DNA of 62,040 nt from an uncultured Thermoplasmatales archaeon (lineage in GTDB: Archaea; Thermoplasmatota; E2; DHVEG-1), in NCBI GenBank assembly GCA_964391625.1, contig CAYMMP010000001.1, positions 1-62,040 of the forward strand, read 5' to 3'. A program made the translations under genes and the position numbers. Positions 55,501 through 62,040 of this stretch are shown in pieces (within the stretch, counting starts at the first letter, position 1; each line of letters opens with the position of its first letter). A model generated the notes under the pieces. That model worked only from the letters and a program-made list of their open reading frames with translations. It was not told the origin of the DNA and did no database searches.

Positions 55501-55756
55501 CAACCTTGTAACCTTTATCTCCAATATCAAGAGCAGCCTGCATCCCAGAAATACCAGCACCTACAATGAGAACATCGGCATTTATTACTCTTTTTTCTTT
55601 TTTTATTTTTAATTTCTCAGAAAGCTTTGCCTCACTCTCCACGTCTCCCATCTGGTTTGTTTCTATGATTTCTTCTGGTTCGTCATAAAAATAATCATCC
55701 TGAAGGGGAATTCCCAAATCATGATCTATTTTTTTATTGTAACTCTTTTCTGGCAT
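52529..55756 (-). CDS. hdrA: Tandem-fused HdrA (QmoA-like module + QmoB-like module in one ~1075-aa polypeptide)
   Basis: Module 1 has VLIVGAGISGMQAAL, FPTNDCSICTSAP, inserted CTGCNDCVEVCP/CIGCGSCDRVCEP, and CSRVCCMY. Module 2 has VGVFVCHCGKNI, TLVIGGGLSGMKAAL, YCCRVGCGVS, and C-terminal CSGCKTCEAVCP/CKGCGACAGACP. The start is uncertain (55783, 55756 or 55651). Confidence 0.8.
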   Translation of the reverse strand: MPEKSYNKKIDHDLGIPLQDDYFYDEPEEIIETNQMGDVESEAKLSEKLKIKKEKRVINADVLIVGAGISGMQAALDIGDKGYKVVIIDKSSTIGGSMVKLDKTFPTNDCSICTSAPKMVELSRHPNIELITYAELNSLDGKKGNFKAQVWKKSKYVDPDKCTGCNDCVEVCPVDVVSNFDEKITTRKAIYIEFPQAVPIVYTIDHENCIGCGSCDRVCEPEAISFLEKSEEIEVNVGSVIVATGFEVFEPTEMRREYGYGKYENVMTAMQFERLLSSFGPTEGKPVRLSDGKKPKTIGWIQCVGSRSAQLGFPYCSRVCCMYATKEASIVKEANPDIDISIYYMDIRAYGKDFQQYYNHAKDLGVRYIRGRPSSVYENKDKSLTIRYKNTLTDEVKEDVVDMLVLSTAIVPNRDNKRLGEILGVDVDENGFFKQQSLLNNPIQSTKDGIFLAGCIQGPKDIPDSVAMASGAAAKAVESIKDRERHVGKNFPPEIDVTREEPRVGVFVCHCGKNIASYLDVEKVTKSAEKLPNVEYAEHVMFACSEDSGKKIRETIKEKKLNRVVVAACTPSTHGGLFRDTLMEAGLNKYLFEMANIRNQCSWVHSDDWDAATKKATALVKAAVAKVRLLEPLPEEEFSIIPKTLVIGGGLSGMKAALALANMGIKSILIEKNPKLGGELRELYSMFPSDVKTEDIIDPLIKEVTKNKLINVMTNAEIVDVDGFIGNYTGKIKQNGKIKEMEFGTIIIATGFKEVDLEGEYQYGKNSNILSQIDLEKRIKNNSLNLKKEPKNIVFINCAGAMDEKRPYCCRVGCGVSIKNAKIVSEKFPGSKVYILYRDMRVFGKEEEEYYSDVLKNYHVTTIRYAGDKKPKVLLDKDDPKEGSVTVKVYDDILNEELEIPADLVVLMINIEGAESTEALKNMLKIPAGTGGFFMEAHAKIRPLDFATDGIYLCGAAHYPKNLVDSIAQAEGAASRAAIPIMQGRMKGEGQVAEVDEELCSGCKTCEAVCPFSAIEIKPRQDNPDRLVATVNRALCKGCGACAGACPSGAIQQKGFKNEQIEVMLDALLKEEVAV

Positions 55757-56279
55757 TTTTACCTGCCTCAAGCCCTTCCTCAAAGGCTCTTTTGTTAAGC
55801 TCTACAAACCTCTTTGGAACACTATCAATAACTGCATCTCTTACAGCATCATGCTTTAGTAGATCAAAAATTGCTGTAGCCGCACCAACCATAACAATAT
55901 TTGTAACAATCCTATTACCAAGTTTCTCAGCAATCTTCTGAGCATGAATCTTATAAACTGGCCTTCCAATGTCATGCTTTGGAACCAAATCTGGATCAAG
56001 AACAATTACTGTATCATCACGAATATCCTTTCTATAAGTATCAAATGCCTCCTGCGACATGGCAATAAAAAAATCAACGCTTGTTGGTCGAGGATAGCCT
56101 ATTTTCTCATCGGAGATAATCACCTCAGATCGAGCAGCTCCACCACGGGCTTCAGGCCCATATGACTGGCTTTGAACAGCATTATAATCCATAAAGACAG
56201 ATGCCGCCTTGCCAAAAATGAAGCCAGATAGAATTACTCCTTGTCCCCCAAAACCACAGATACGCATCTCTTTTTTCAT
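55734..56279 (-). CDS. korG: 2-oxoacid:ferredoxin oxidoreductase gamma subunit
   Basis: 181 aa. ICGFGGQGVILSG...QSYGPEARGG. The delta-alpha-beta-gamma gene order resembles Kor/Oor-type enzymes, but the substrate is not determinable from sequence. Confidence 0.7.
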   Translation of the reverse strand: MKKEMRICGFGGQGVILSGFIFGKAASVFMDYNAVQSQSYGPEARGGAARSEVIISDEKIGYPRPTSVDFFIAMSQEAFDTYRKDIRDDTVIVLDPDLVPKHDIGRPVYKIHAQKIAEKLGNRIVTNIVMVGAATAIFDLLKHDAVRDAVIDSVPKRFVELNKRAFEEGLEAGKNARKELQ

Positions 56280-57151
56280 TTATTCCCCCCCTTAACTTGT
56301 TTTTCTTGTAACCTTTTAACAAGTTTTTCATATTCCTCAAAGAATCCTGCCGTCTGAATATCCTGAAAAACACCGACTTGTATTTTATTTTTGATTTTTT
56401 CTTTTTCTTCATCTGCCCCATATTTCATAATTTTATTGTAATCTTCAATAAGAATCGTGTTATCATCATACCATTTCCAATGTTTTTTGATATCGCCAAG
56501 TTTATTACGGCGGCCATAAGCAGTTGGGCATGGTGATAAAAACTCAATAAGTGAAAAACCTTTTTTCTGTATGCCTTCTTTTATTGACTTTATTGGTTGG
56601 TATGGGTGAGAAACAGGCCAACGAGCAACATAATTAGCACCAAGTGCTTTTGCAAGTTCACATATATCAAATGGATGCTCGATGTTTCCGTATGGTGCAG
56701 TTGTTGCAATACTGCCAAGTGGAGCAGTTGGTGCAAGCTGGCCGCCTGTCATACCATAAATAAAGTTGTTAAGCATGATTACCGTAATATCTATATTACG
56801 TCTGGCTGCATGAATGAAGTGATTGCCGCCAATTCCTGCACAGTCTCCATCCCCTGTAAAAACAATTACGTCTAAATCAGGATTTGCTGCTTTTATGCCT
56901 GTAGCAAATGCAATTGACCGCCCATGAGTTGTATGAAGTCCATCAGCATTAATATAACCAGGTAAACGAGATGAGCAACCAATACCGGAAGCAAATACTG
57001 TTTTATCCATATCTAAACCTAGTTCTTCTAATGCCCAAAATGTATATTCCAAAACAACACCATGACCACAGCCATTACAAAAGATAGTAGGTAACATTCC
57101 ATCTCGGAGGTATTTTTTATTAAGTTTATCGGCTGTTTTTATTTCTTTCAT
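56276..57151 (-). CDS. korB: 2-oxoacid:ferredoxin oxidoreductase beta (TPP-binding) subunit
   Basis: FCNGCGHG, GIGCSS, FTGDGDCAGIGGNH (TPP GDG motif). ATG 57151 is preceded by GGAGG. Confidence 0.8.
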   Translation of the reverse strand: MKEIKTADKLNKKYLRDGMLPTIFCNGCGHGVVLEYTFWALEELGLDMDKTVFASGIGCSSRLPGYINADGLHTTHGRSIAFATGIKAANPDLDVIVFTGDGDCAGIGGNHFIHAARRNIDITVIMLNNFIYGMTGGQLAPTAPLGSIATTAPYGNIEHPFDICELAKALGANYVARWPVSHPYQPIKSIKEGIQKKGFSLIEFLSPCPTAYGRRNKLGDIKKHWKWYDDNTILIEDYNKIMKYGADEEKEKIKNKIQVGVFQDIQTAGFFEEYEKLVKRLQEKQVKGGNK

Positions 57152-57152
57152 A

Positions 57153-58334
57153 CTATTTCTCCTCCAAGTATTTATAAAGTTCACCGGGCAGATGCATTTC
57201 TCCACCTATCTTTGGAGCACTAACCACTTCACATTGCCCTTCCACATATTCATGAACTGGGTGAACAATTTGCCCGAGATTCATCTCAGGAACAATTATT
57301 TTATCAACAGTACCTGCTAATTTCTGAATTTCTTTAAATGGAAAAGGCCAGACAAGTTTAAGACGAAGTAGGCCAACTTTTTTACCTTTAGCTCTTGCCA
57401 TTTCCATAGCTGATTCTGCAGGCCTAGATGTTGCACCATAAGTAACAAAAACAGTTTTTGCATCATCTAAATAGAGTTTTTCAACATCAGTAAGCTTATC
57501 AAGATCGTCAGTAATTTTTGTAGTAATTCGCTTCACTAATCTTTCATGATCTGGTTGTTTATCAGTTGCTGGAAAACCCTTCTCATTATGAGTAAGGCCT
57601 GTAACATATGTACGATAACCAGTTCCAAAAGTTGGAAAATCAGGAACCTTGCTTTTCCTAGTTTGCGAATTTGAAAAAGGTATGAATTTCTTTTTATCAA
57701 TTGTAGCAGGAACCCGATCAATTATTTTCAAATCTTTTTCATCTGGAATAACTACTCGCTCTCTAAGATGTCCTATTTCCCCATCTGCCATAATACAAAC
57801 AGGGTTACGATACTTTTCAGCTAGATTAAAAGCTTCTATTGTAAAATCCATACATTCTTGTACGGTGCTAGGGGCTAGAGCTATTGCCTCAAAATCACCA
57901 TGTGTTCCCCACTTGGCTTGCATCATATCACCCTGGGCTCCAAGGGTCGGTTGACCTGTCGAAGGCCCAGTTCGTTGAATATTTACAATTACACAGGGTG
58001 TCTCAGTCATTGCAGCAAAACCATAATTTTCCATCATAAGTGAAAAACCAGGACCTGATGTTGCAGTCATAGATTTAGCACCACTCCAAGATGCACCAAT
58101 AACAGAAGCAATACTGCCTATTTCATCTTCCATTTGGATATAGGTCCCCCCTACTCTTGGGAGCATACGTGCCATACCCTCAGTAACCTCTGATGCAGGA
58201 GTTATAGGGTATCCTCCAAAAAAAGAACAACCTGCAAGTAGAGCGCCATAAACACAGGCCATATCTCCAAGTAAAAATTGTACCTTATTACCTAAAACAT
58301 TTCTTATTATCTTAGGGTCTCGCTTATATCTCAT
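57153..58334 (-). CDS. korA: 2-oxoacid:ferredoxin oxidoreductase alpha subunit
   Basis: GYPITPASEV, TATSGPGFSLM, IQRTGPSTGQPT. Confidence 0.8.
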   Translation of the reverse strand: MRYKRDPKIIRNVLGNKVQFLLGDMACVYGALLAGCSFFGGYPITPASEVTEGMARMLPRVGGTYIQMEDEIGSIASVIGASWSGAKSMTATSGPGFSLMMENYGFAAMTETPCVIVNIQRTGPSTGQPTLGAQGDMMQAKWGTHGDFEAIALAPSTVQECMDFTIEAFNLAEKYRNPVCIMADGEIGHLRERVVIPDEKDLKIIDRVPATIDKKKFIPFSNSQTRKSKVPDFPTFGTGYRTYVTGLTHNEKGFPATDKQPDHERLVKRITTKITDDLDKLTDVEKLYLDDAKTVFVTYGATSRPAESAMEMARAKGKKVGLLRLKLVWPFPFKEIQKLAGTVDKIIVPEMNLGQIVHPVHEYVEGQCEVVSAPKIGGEMHLPGELYKYLEEK

Positions 58335-58603
58335 TTATTTTTTCCTCCAGCTGGACTTATAAGTGGTTTTCTCCCATCTTTTTTAGCTTCTTTATCTGGA
58401 ATTACAGTTATTGCAAAGTCAGGGCAGACGAGTTCACATAGTCTGCAAAAGTTACACTCATTTTTTTCTTTTAGTTGTGGCGGATGAATGCCCTTTTTAT
58501 TTAGTCTGTCCGACTCTTCAAGTGCATTAACAGGGCATCGTTCTATGCATATGCCGCAGCCTTTGCACCAGTCCTCATTTATTTCTATCATAACTTCCCT
58601 CAT
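58331..58603 (-). CDS. korD: 2-oxoacid:ferredoxin oxidoreductase delta subunit (2x[4Fe-4S] ferredoxin)
   Basis: CKGCGICIERCP and CNFCRLCELVCP in 90 aa. ATGA overlaps on both sides. Confidence 0.75.
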   Translation of the reverse strand: MREVMIEINEDWCKGCGICIERCPVNALEESDRLNKKGIHPPQLKEKNECNFCRLCELVCPDFAITVIPDKEAKKDGRKPLISPAGGKNK

Positions 58604-60246
58604 AAAATATCAAGTGATCGAGATATTGCCAGTTCACCACGATACTCAGGAAGTAGTATCGGTGCCGTTTTCTCTGATTTAATTTTCGCTTGATCAAGCA
58701 GTTTAGTATATTTATCTAAATGGTTGAGAGTTAACTTACCAATCTTTGCTTTTTTAATATATTTTGCAGAATATATTCCTGCACGTCGACCAAATACATT
58801 ATAATCAAGTAAAGAATTGCCCATGAGTCTGTTTTTACCATGAACTCCACCAGTTACTTCTCCAGCAGCAAATAATCCTGGAACCTTTGTTTCTGTTTTT
58901 TCATTGATCTCTACTCCACCATTTTGGTAATGTAAAGTTGGATATACAAGAATTGGATGCTTTGCCATATCAATCCCAAATCGTTTAAATTTGCGCACCT
59001 CACCAGCAAGCTTAGTTGCTATAGTGCCTTCACCATGTAGTATGTCTATCATTGGGGAATCAAGCCACACACCTGGCATTCCTGTCGGCGTTACAATACC
59101 TCGTCCGCTTTTACATTCACGTATAAACGACGCTGCCTCAACATCACGAGGCTCAAGTGGAAAGACGAATGGGTCACCATTTGCATTAACAGGTATTGCA
59201 CCAAGTCCTCTAATCTTTTCAGTTGACAAAATTCCAACTATTGGTTCTGGAAAAGCATCTCCAGTTGGATGAATTTGGATTGTGTCTAGATCTAGAAGAT
59301 TCGCACCTACATGATATGCCATGACAAGTCCATCGCCAGTTGCACCATAGTGATTTGTTGTTGGATAATTTGAAAGATGTAGTCTGCCTGAGCCTCCAGT
59401 TGCAAGTATAGTCGCTTTTGCCCGTATTACATAATATTCATATGTTTCAAGATTAAATGCAATTCCTCCTGCAACTTGGCCTTTATCGTCCATCAAAAAT
59501 TCAACAACTGGACAGAACTCAAGCACAGGGATTTCAAGATTTCTTGCCCTATCCCTGATATTTCTCATAATTTCCATGCCTGAATAATCCTTACAGCTGT
59601 GCATACGATTACGACATGTACCGCCACCAGAAAGCTCCTGAAATTCTCCATCTTCTTGGCGATCATACATAACACCAAGTTCCTGGTGCCAGTTAATAAT
59701 CTTTGGAGCATCTAAAGCTAAAGCGCGAGCAAGTTCAGGCTTATTGCTGAAATGACCGCCGCCATAGATATCAAGATAATGTAATGCCGGACTGTCTTCA
59801 GGACGGTCTGCTGCTTGTATACCACCTTGAGCCATCATGCTATTAGCATCGCCATGACGAAGTTTGGTAGTAATTAAAATATTGTCTTTAGGAACACCAG
59901 ATTCATAAGCAAATAACGCTGCAACAGTACCAGCACCTCCACCACCAACAATCAGAATATCAACATCATAATCTATTTTAGAGAGATCTGCATCCTTAGA
60001 ACTTAAGACAGGTTTTGCCTCAAGTAAATCCACGATTCCATTATACAAAAGTTTTCCTTTATCAGGACCAATACGTACTTTTCTTTTTGTCTCTTTCATA
60101 TAATCTGGGTGATATTTACTAAGTATCTCTTCTCGATCTTTTAGACTCATAGGTTTAACGGGAGTTTTCATATTTTTTTCTCGTTTTTTCTCCACAAGTT
60201 TAATTGATTCCATCATGTAGTCTGGATAACCATCTATCATTTTCAA
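58600..60246 (-). CDS. Fumarate reductase/succinate dehydrogenase-type flavoprotein with ~95-aa N-terminal extension
   Basis: VDILIVGGGGAGTVAAL, AQGGIQAA, IQIHPTG, NRLMGNSLLDYNVFGRRAG. The substrate is not determinable (fumarate, aspartate or other). Confidence 0.7.
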   Translation of the reverse strand: MKMIDGYPDYMMESIKLVEKKREKNMKTPVKPMSLKDREEILSKYHPDYMKETKRKVRIGPDKGKLLYNGIVDLLEAKPVLSSKDADLSKIDYDVDILIVGGGGAGTVAALFAYESGVPKDNILITTKLRHGDANSMMAQGGIQAADRPEDSPALHYLDIYGGGHFSNKPELARALALDAPKIINWHQELGVMYDRQEDGEFQELSGGGTCRNRMHSCKDYSGMEIMRNIRDRARNLEIPVLEFCPVVEFLMDDKGQVAGGIAFNLETYEYYVIRAKATILATGGSGRLHLSNYPTTNHYGATGDGLVMAYHVGANLLDLDTIQIHPTGDAFPEPIVGILSTEKIRGLGAIPVNANGDPFVFPLEPRDVEAASFIRECKSGRGIVTPTGMPGVWLDSPMIDILHGEGTIATKLAGEVRKFKRFGIDMAKHPILVYPTLHYQNGGVEINEKTETKVPGLFAAGEVTGGVHGKNRLMGNSLLDYNVFGRRAGIYSAKYIKKAKIGKLTLNHLDKYTKLLDQAKIKSEKTAPILLPEYRGELAISRSLDIL

Positions 60247-60248
60247 AA

Positions 60249-61010
60249 TCAGTCACCTCCTAAATCTTCTGCCTCTTCAGCTTCAATCTTACGGTTCTTA
60301 TACAAGTCAATAATTTCTTCTTTGGGCATTTTTACTAGTTTGTCAACTTCATCGTCATATTTCCTAGTATCAATCTCTTCCAAACGTCTTGCAAGATTCT
60401 TTGATTTAGGGTCTATGTACTTACCACGTAAACGTCGAGCAAGTTGTGAAACATGATAATGTTTAATATCTGCAGGACAACGCATAGCACAAAGACCACA
60501 TTGAATACAATCAAAAGATATCTCAGCACACTTTGCAATATCACCACGAACTGCATTCTGAATATATTTCATAACCTCGATATCCTGGGGACAAGATTTG
60601 GTGCAGGTGTTACACGATACGCAACGAGCAATCTCAGGATATATGGTTAAGAGTACGCTATCAGTAGGTTCAAGTTTGTTAATATCATACTCTGCTTTTG
60701 CAGCAGGTACAAATGGCAGTTGAACTAGGTACATTTTATCTTCGACAACTTTTTGACAAGCAAGATTAAAACCAAGTTTTTGTTCATCTTCGATACGATA
60801 AACCGTAGAACAAGCACCACAAAAACCAGCACGGCAACCACAGCCACGGATAAATCGATAACCAGCATATTCCAAAGCTTTCATTATAGTAAGACCTGCT
60901 GGAACTTTGTAGCTTTTGCCCATGACAAAAACTTCTACTTCACCGGATTTTGGCTTCTTGTCTTTTGGTTTTTTCTTTTGCTCAACAAAGGTTTGTTTAC
61001 TTTTAGCCAT
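60249..61010 (-). CDS. SdhB/FrdB-like iron-sulfur subunit ([2Fe-2S]-like N-terminal domain + 2x[4Fe-4S] motifs)
   Basis: GCGCRAGFCGACS, CVSCNTCTKSCP, CIQCGLCAMRCP. ATG 61010 (MAKSKQ...) is preferred over the track start at 61040. Confidence 0.65.
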   Translation of the reverse strand: MAKSKQTFVEQKKKPKDKKPKSGEVEVFVMGKSYKVPAGLTIMKALEYAGYRFIRGCGCRAGFCGACSTVYRIEDEQKLGFNLACQKVVEDKMYLVQLPFVPAAKAEYDINKLEPTDSVLLTIYPEIARCVSCNTCTKSCPQDIEVMKYIQNAVRGDIAKCAEISFDCIQCGLCAMRCPADIKHYHVSQLARRLRGKYIDPKSKNLARRLEEIDTRKYDDEVDKLVKMPKEEIIDLYKNRKIEAEEAEDLGGD

Positions 61011-61310
61011 GATTAATTCCCCACAAAACAAACATAACAAAATTTTAAGAGAAGTTCTTCGTGAATTAATTTGTAGATGGCATTATTTGCCAGAGGTCTT
61101 TCCAAAACGGCTCCTCCCAAATAGTAAGAAAATCAAATATAATTATAGATTATAAGTGTTTTGATAAAATTATCATAAATACAAGGAGTGAAAAGGTTTT
61201 TATAAAATATGTGTATTTGCCTCCCATTCCATGAGCATTTTAGCAATATTCCACGTATTTTTTATTAAAATGATAAAAAGGTTTATAATCAGAAATTACC
61301 TATTCTTAAA

Positions 61311-62040
61311 ATGATGAAAAAATTTGAATTAACTTTAAAAGAAAAAATAATATTATATGGACTTGTTAAGTATCCAGACCTAACTGACCGGCAATTATCT
61401 GAAAAGTTAAAAATTAAGCAATCTACAGTTACAGCAATAAGAAATAGACTAAAAGAGAAAGGATATTTTAGAAAGTTGATAATCCCACGCCTTCAAAATA
61501 TGGGCTGTCAAATGCTTGTTACAATTTATACAAGCTTTAGTCCTTTAATTCCTCTAGAAGAAAGAATTGAAATTACAGGAAAAACTATCGAAGTTTTTGA
61601 TGAAATTTTCTTTTCAATAGGTGAACAGGATAAAGGCTTTTCATTGAGTCTTTCAAAAGATTATGCAACTATCGGAAGGATTAATGACATCCGTACTCAA
61701 ACTTTCGGTGGAAGAGGATTATTAGAAGAATATCCAAACATGATAGTTTTTCCTTTTGACATTAGTAGAATTTATCGTTTTTTTGACTTTGCACCGTTGC
61801 TTAAAAAAAGTTTTGACCTTAAATTTGACGATGAAGAAAACGTAATTAATTTAGCTTTAAGACATACAAAAAACGTTGAACTCACAGGCACTGAAAAAAA
61901 TGTTTTTTGTATGATGGTTAGCTATCCAGATTTGTCAGATGAAAATATTGGCAGGGAAATTGGAGTTTCACGACATACGGTATCGCGTTTAAGACGGGGA
62001 TTTGAAAATAACAATTTGATTAGAAGAATAAATCTACCAG
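61311..62040 (+). CDS. Tandem winged-HTH regulator, 3'-truncated by the window end
   Basis: This ORF is absent from the supplied track. Manual translation from ATG 61311 is open to the window end (243 codons). It has two internal repeats: LTLKEKIILYGLVKYPDLTDRQLSEKLKIKQSTVTAIRNRLKEKGYFR and LTGTEKNVFCMMVSYPDLSDENIGREIGVSRHTVSRLRRGFENNNLIRR. Confidence 0.55.
   Translation, partial: MMKKFELTLKEKIILYGLVKYPDLTDRQLSEKLKIKQSTVTAIRNRLKEKGYFRKLIIPRLQNMGCQMLVTIYTSFSPLIPLEERIEITGKTIEVFDEIFFSIGEQDKGFSLSLSKDYATIGRINDIRTQTFGGRGLLEEYPNMIVFPFDISRIYRFFDFAPLLKKSFDLKFDDEENVINLALRHTKNVELTGTEKNVFCMMVSYPDLSDENIGREIGVSRHTVSRLRRGFENNNLIRRINLP

Noticed and set aside
1-62040. A search for CRISPR arrays, tRNA or rRNA genes, transposases or integrases, prophage genes and defence-system genes.
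   Set aside because: No regularly spaced direct repeats, no GC-rich cloverleaf-like islands in the intergenic regions, and no recognisable recombinase, nuclease or defence motifs were seen. The window is essentially metabolic.

Overview
This is a strongly AT-rich, very gene-dense window with about 72 credible genes, most on the minus strand and many joined by ATGA or TAATG start/stop overlaps. It looks archaeal: thermosome-like chaperonin, TrmB- and Lrp-type regulators, TATA-like promoter boxes, MvhAGD-HdrABC, a group 3b sulfhydrogenase-type [NiFe] hydrogenase and GTP-PEPCK. The content points to a strictly anaerobic, ferredoxin/H2-centred metabolism. I saw no methanogenesis marker genes, rRNA, tRNA, CRISPR array, transposase or integrase. 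Lineage cannot be fixed from this window; an Asgard-like or other non-methanogenic H2-cycling archaeon is only a guess.

Blocks:
- 0.3-4.2 kb: permease, radical SAM, SAM methyltransferase and TehA-like transporter.
- 4.3-10.3 kb: thiol-redox/proteostasis island with an Hsp20-like gene, a split thermosome-like gene fused to glutaredoxin, a Cys-containing wHTH regulator, thioredoxin, a TlpA-like protein, DUF59, DUF1684 and a ferredoxin.
- 10.6-19.8 kb: an 8-gene dsrE-tusA-mvhD-hdrA(split)-2x hydB/flxB-like-mvhD operon, bracketed by two Cys-tailed Lrp-like regulators.
- 20-24.3 kb: two TSUP transporters, ArsR, a radical SAM/SPASM gene and gene relics.
- 24.4-35.3 kb: a long minus-strand run with MFS, MBL, aminotransferase, IscU-like, two MinD-ferredoxin ATPases, NifX-like, DUF134, DUF5320, Mrp and a GlpA-like three-gene module.
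- 35.9-38.9 kb: larA-like gene coupled to an acyl-CoA dehydrogenase, plus a secreted PKD-like protein.
- 38.9-61.0 kb: PEPCK plus a ~20 kb, 18-gene co-directional block of Frd/Sdh-like AB, 2-oxoacid:ferredoxin oxidoreductase DABG, tandem-fused HdrA, HdrCB, MvhGA, protease, MvhD, GlcD-like, a GlcF-N/ferredoxin/MvhD fusion, group 3b hydrogenase and protease.
- 61.3 kb to the end: a partial tandem-HTH regulator.

Best candidates for undescribed biology are the sulfur-carrier-linked HdrA/MvhD operon that lacks HdrBC, the GlcD module whose Fe-S partner ends in MvhD instead of CCG domains, and the cleanly split, motif-degenerate thermosome paralog fused to a glutaredoxin, which shares an operator motif with neighbouring genes. 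All family calls come from motif reading by eye. No database search was possible.
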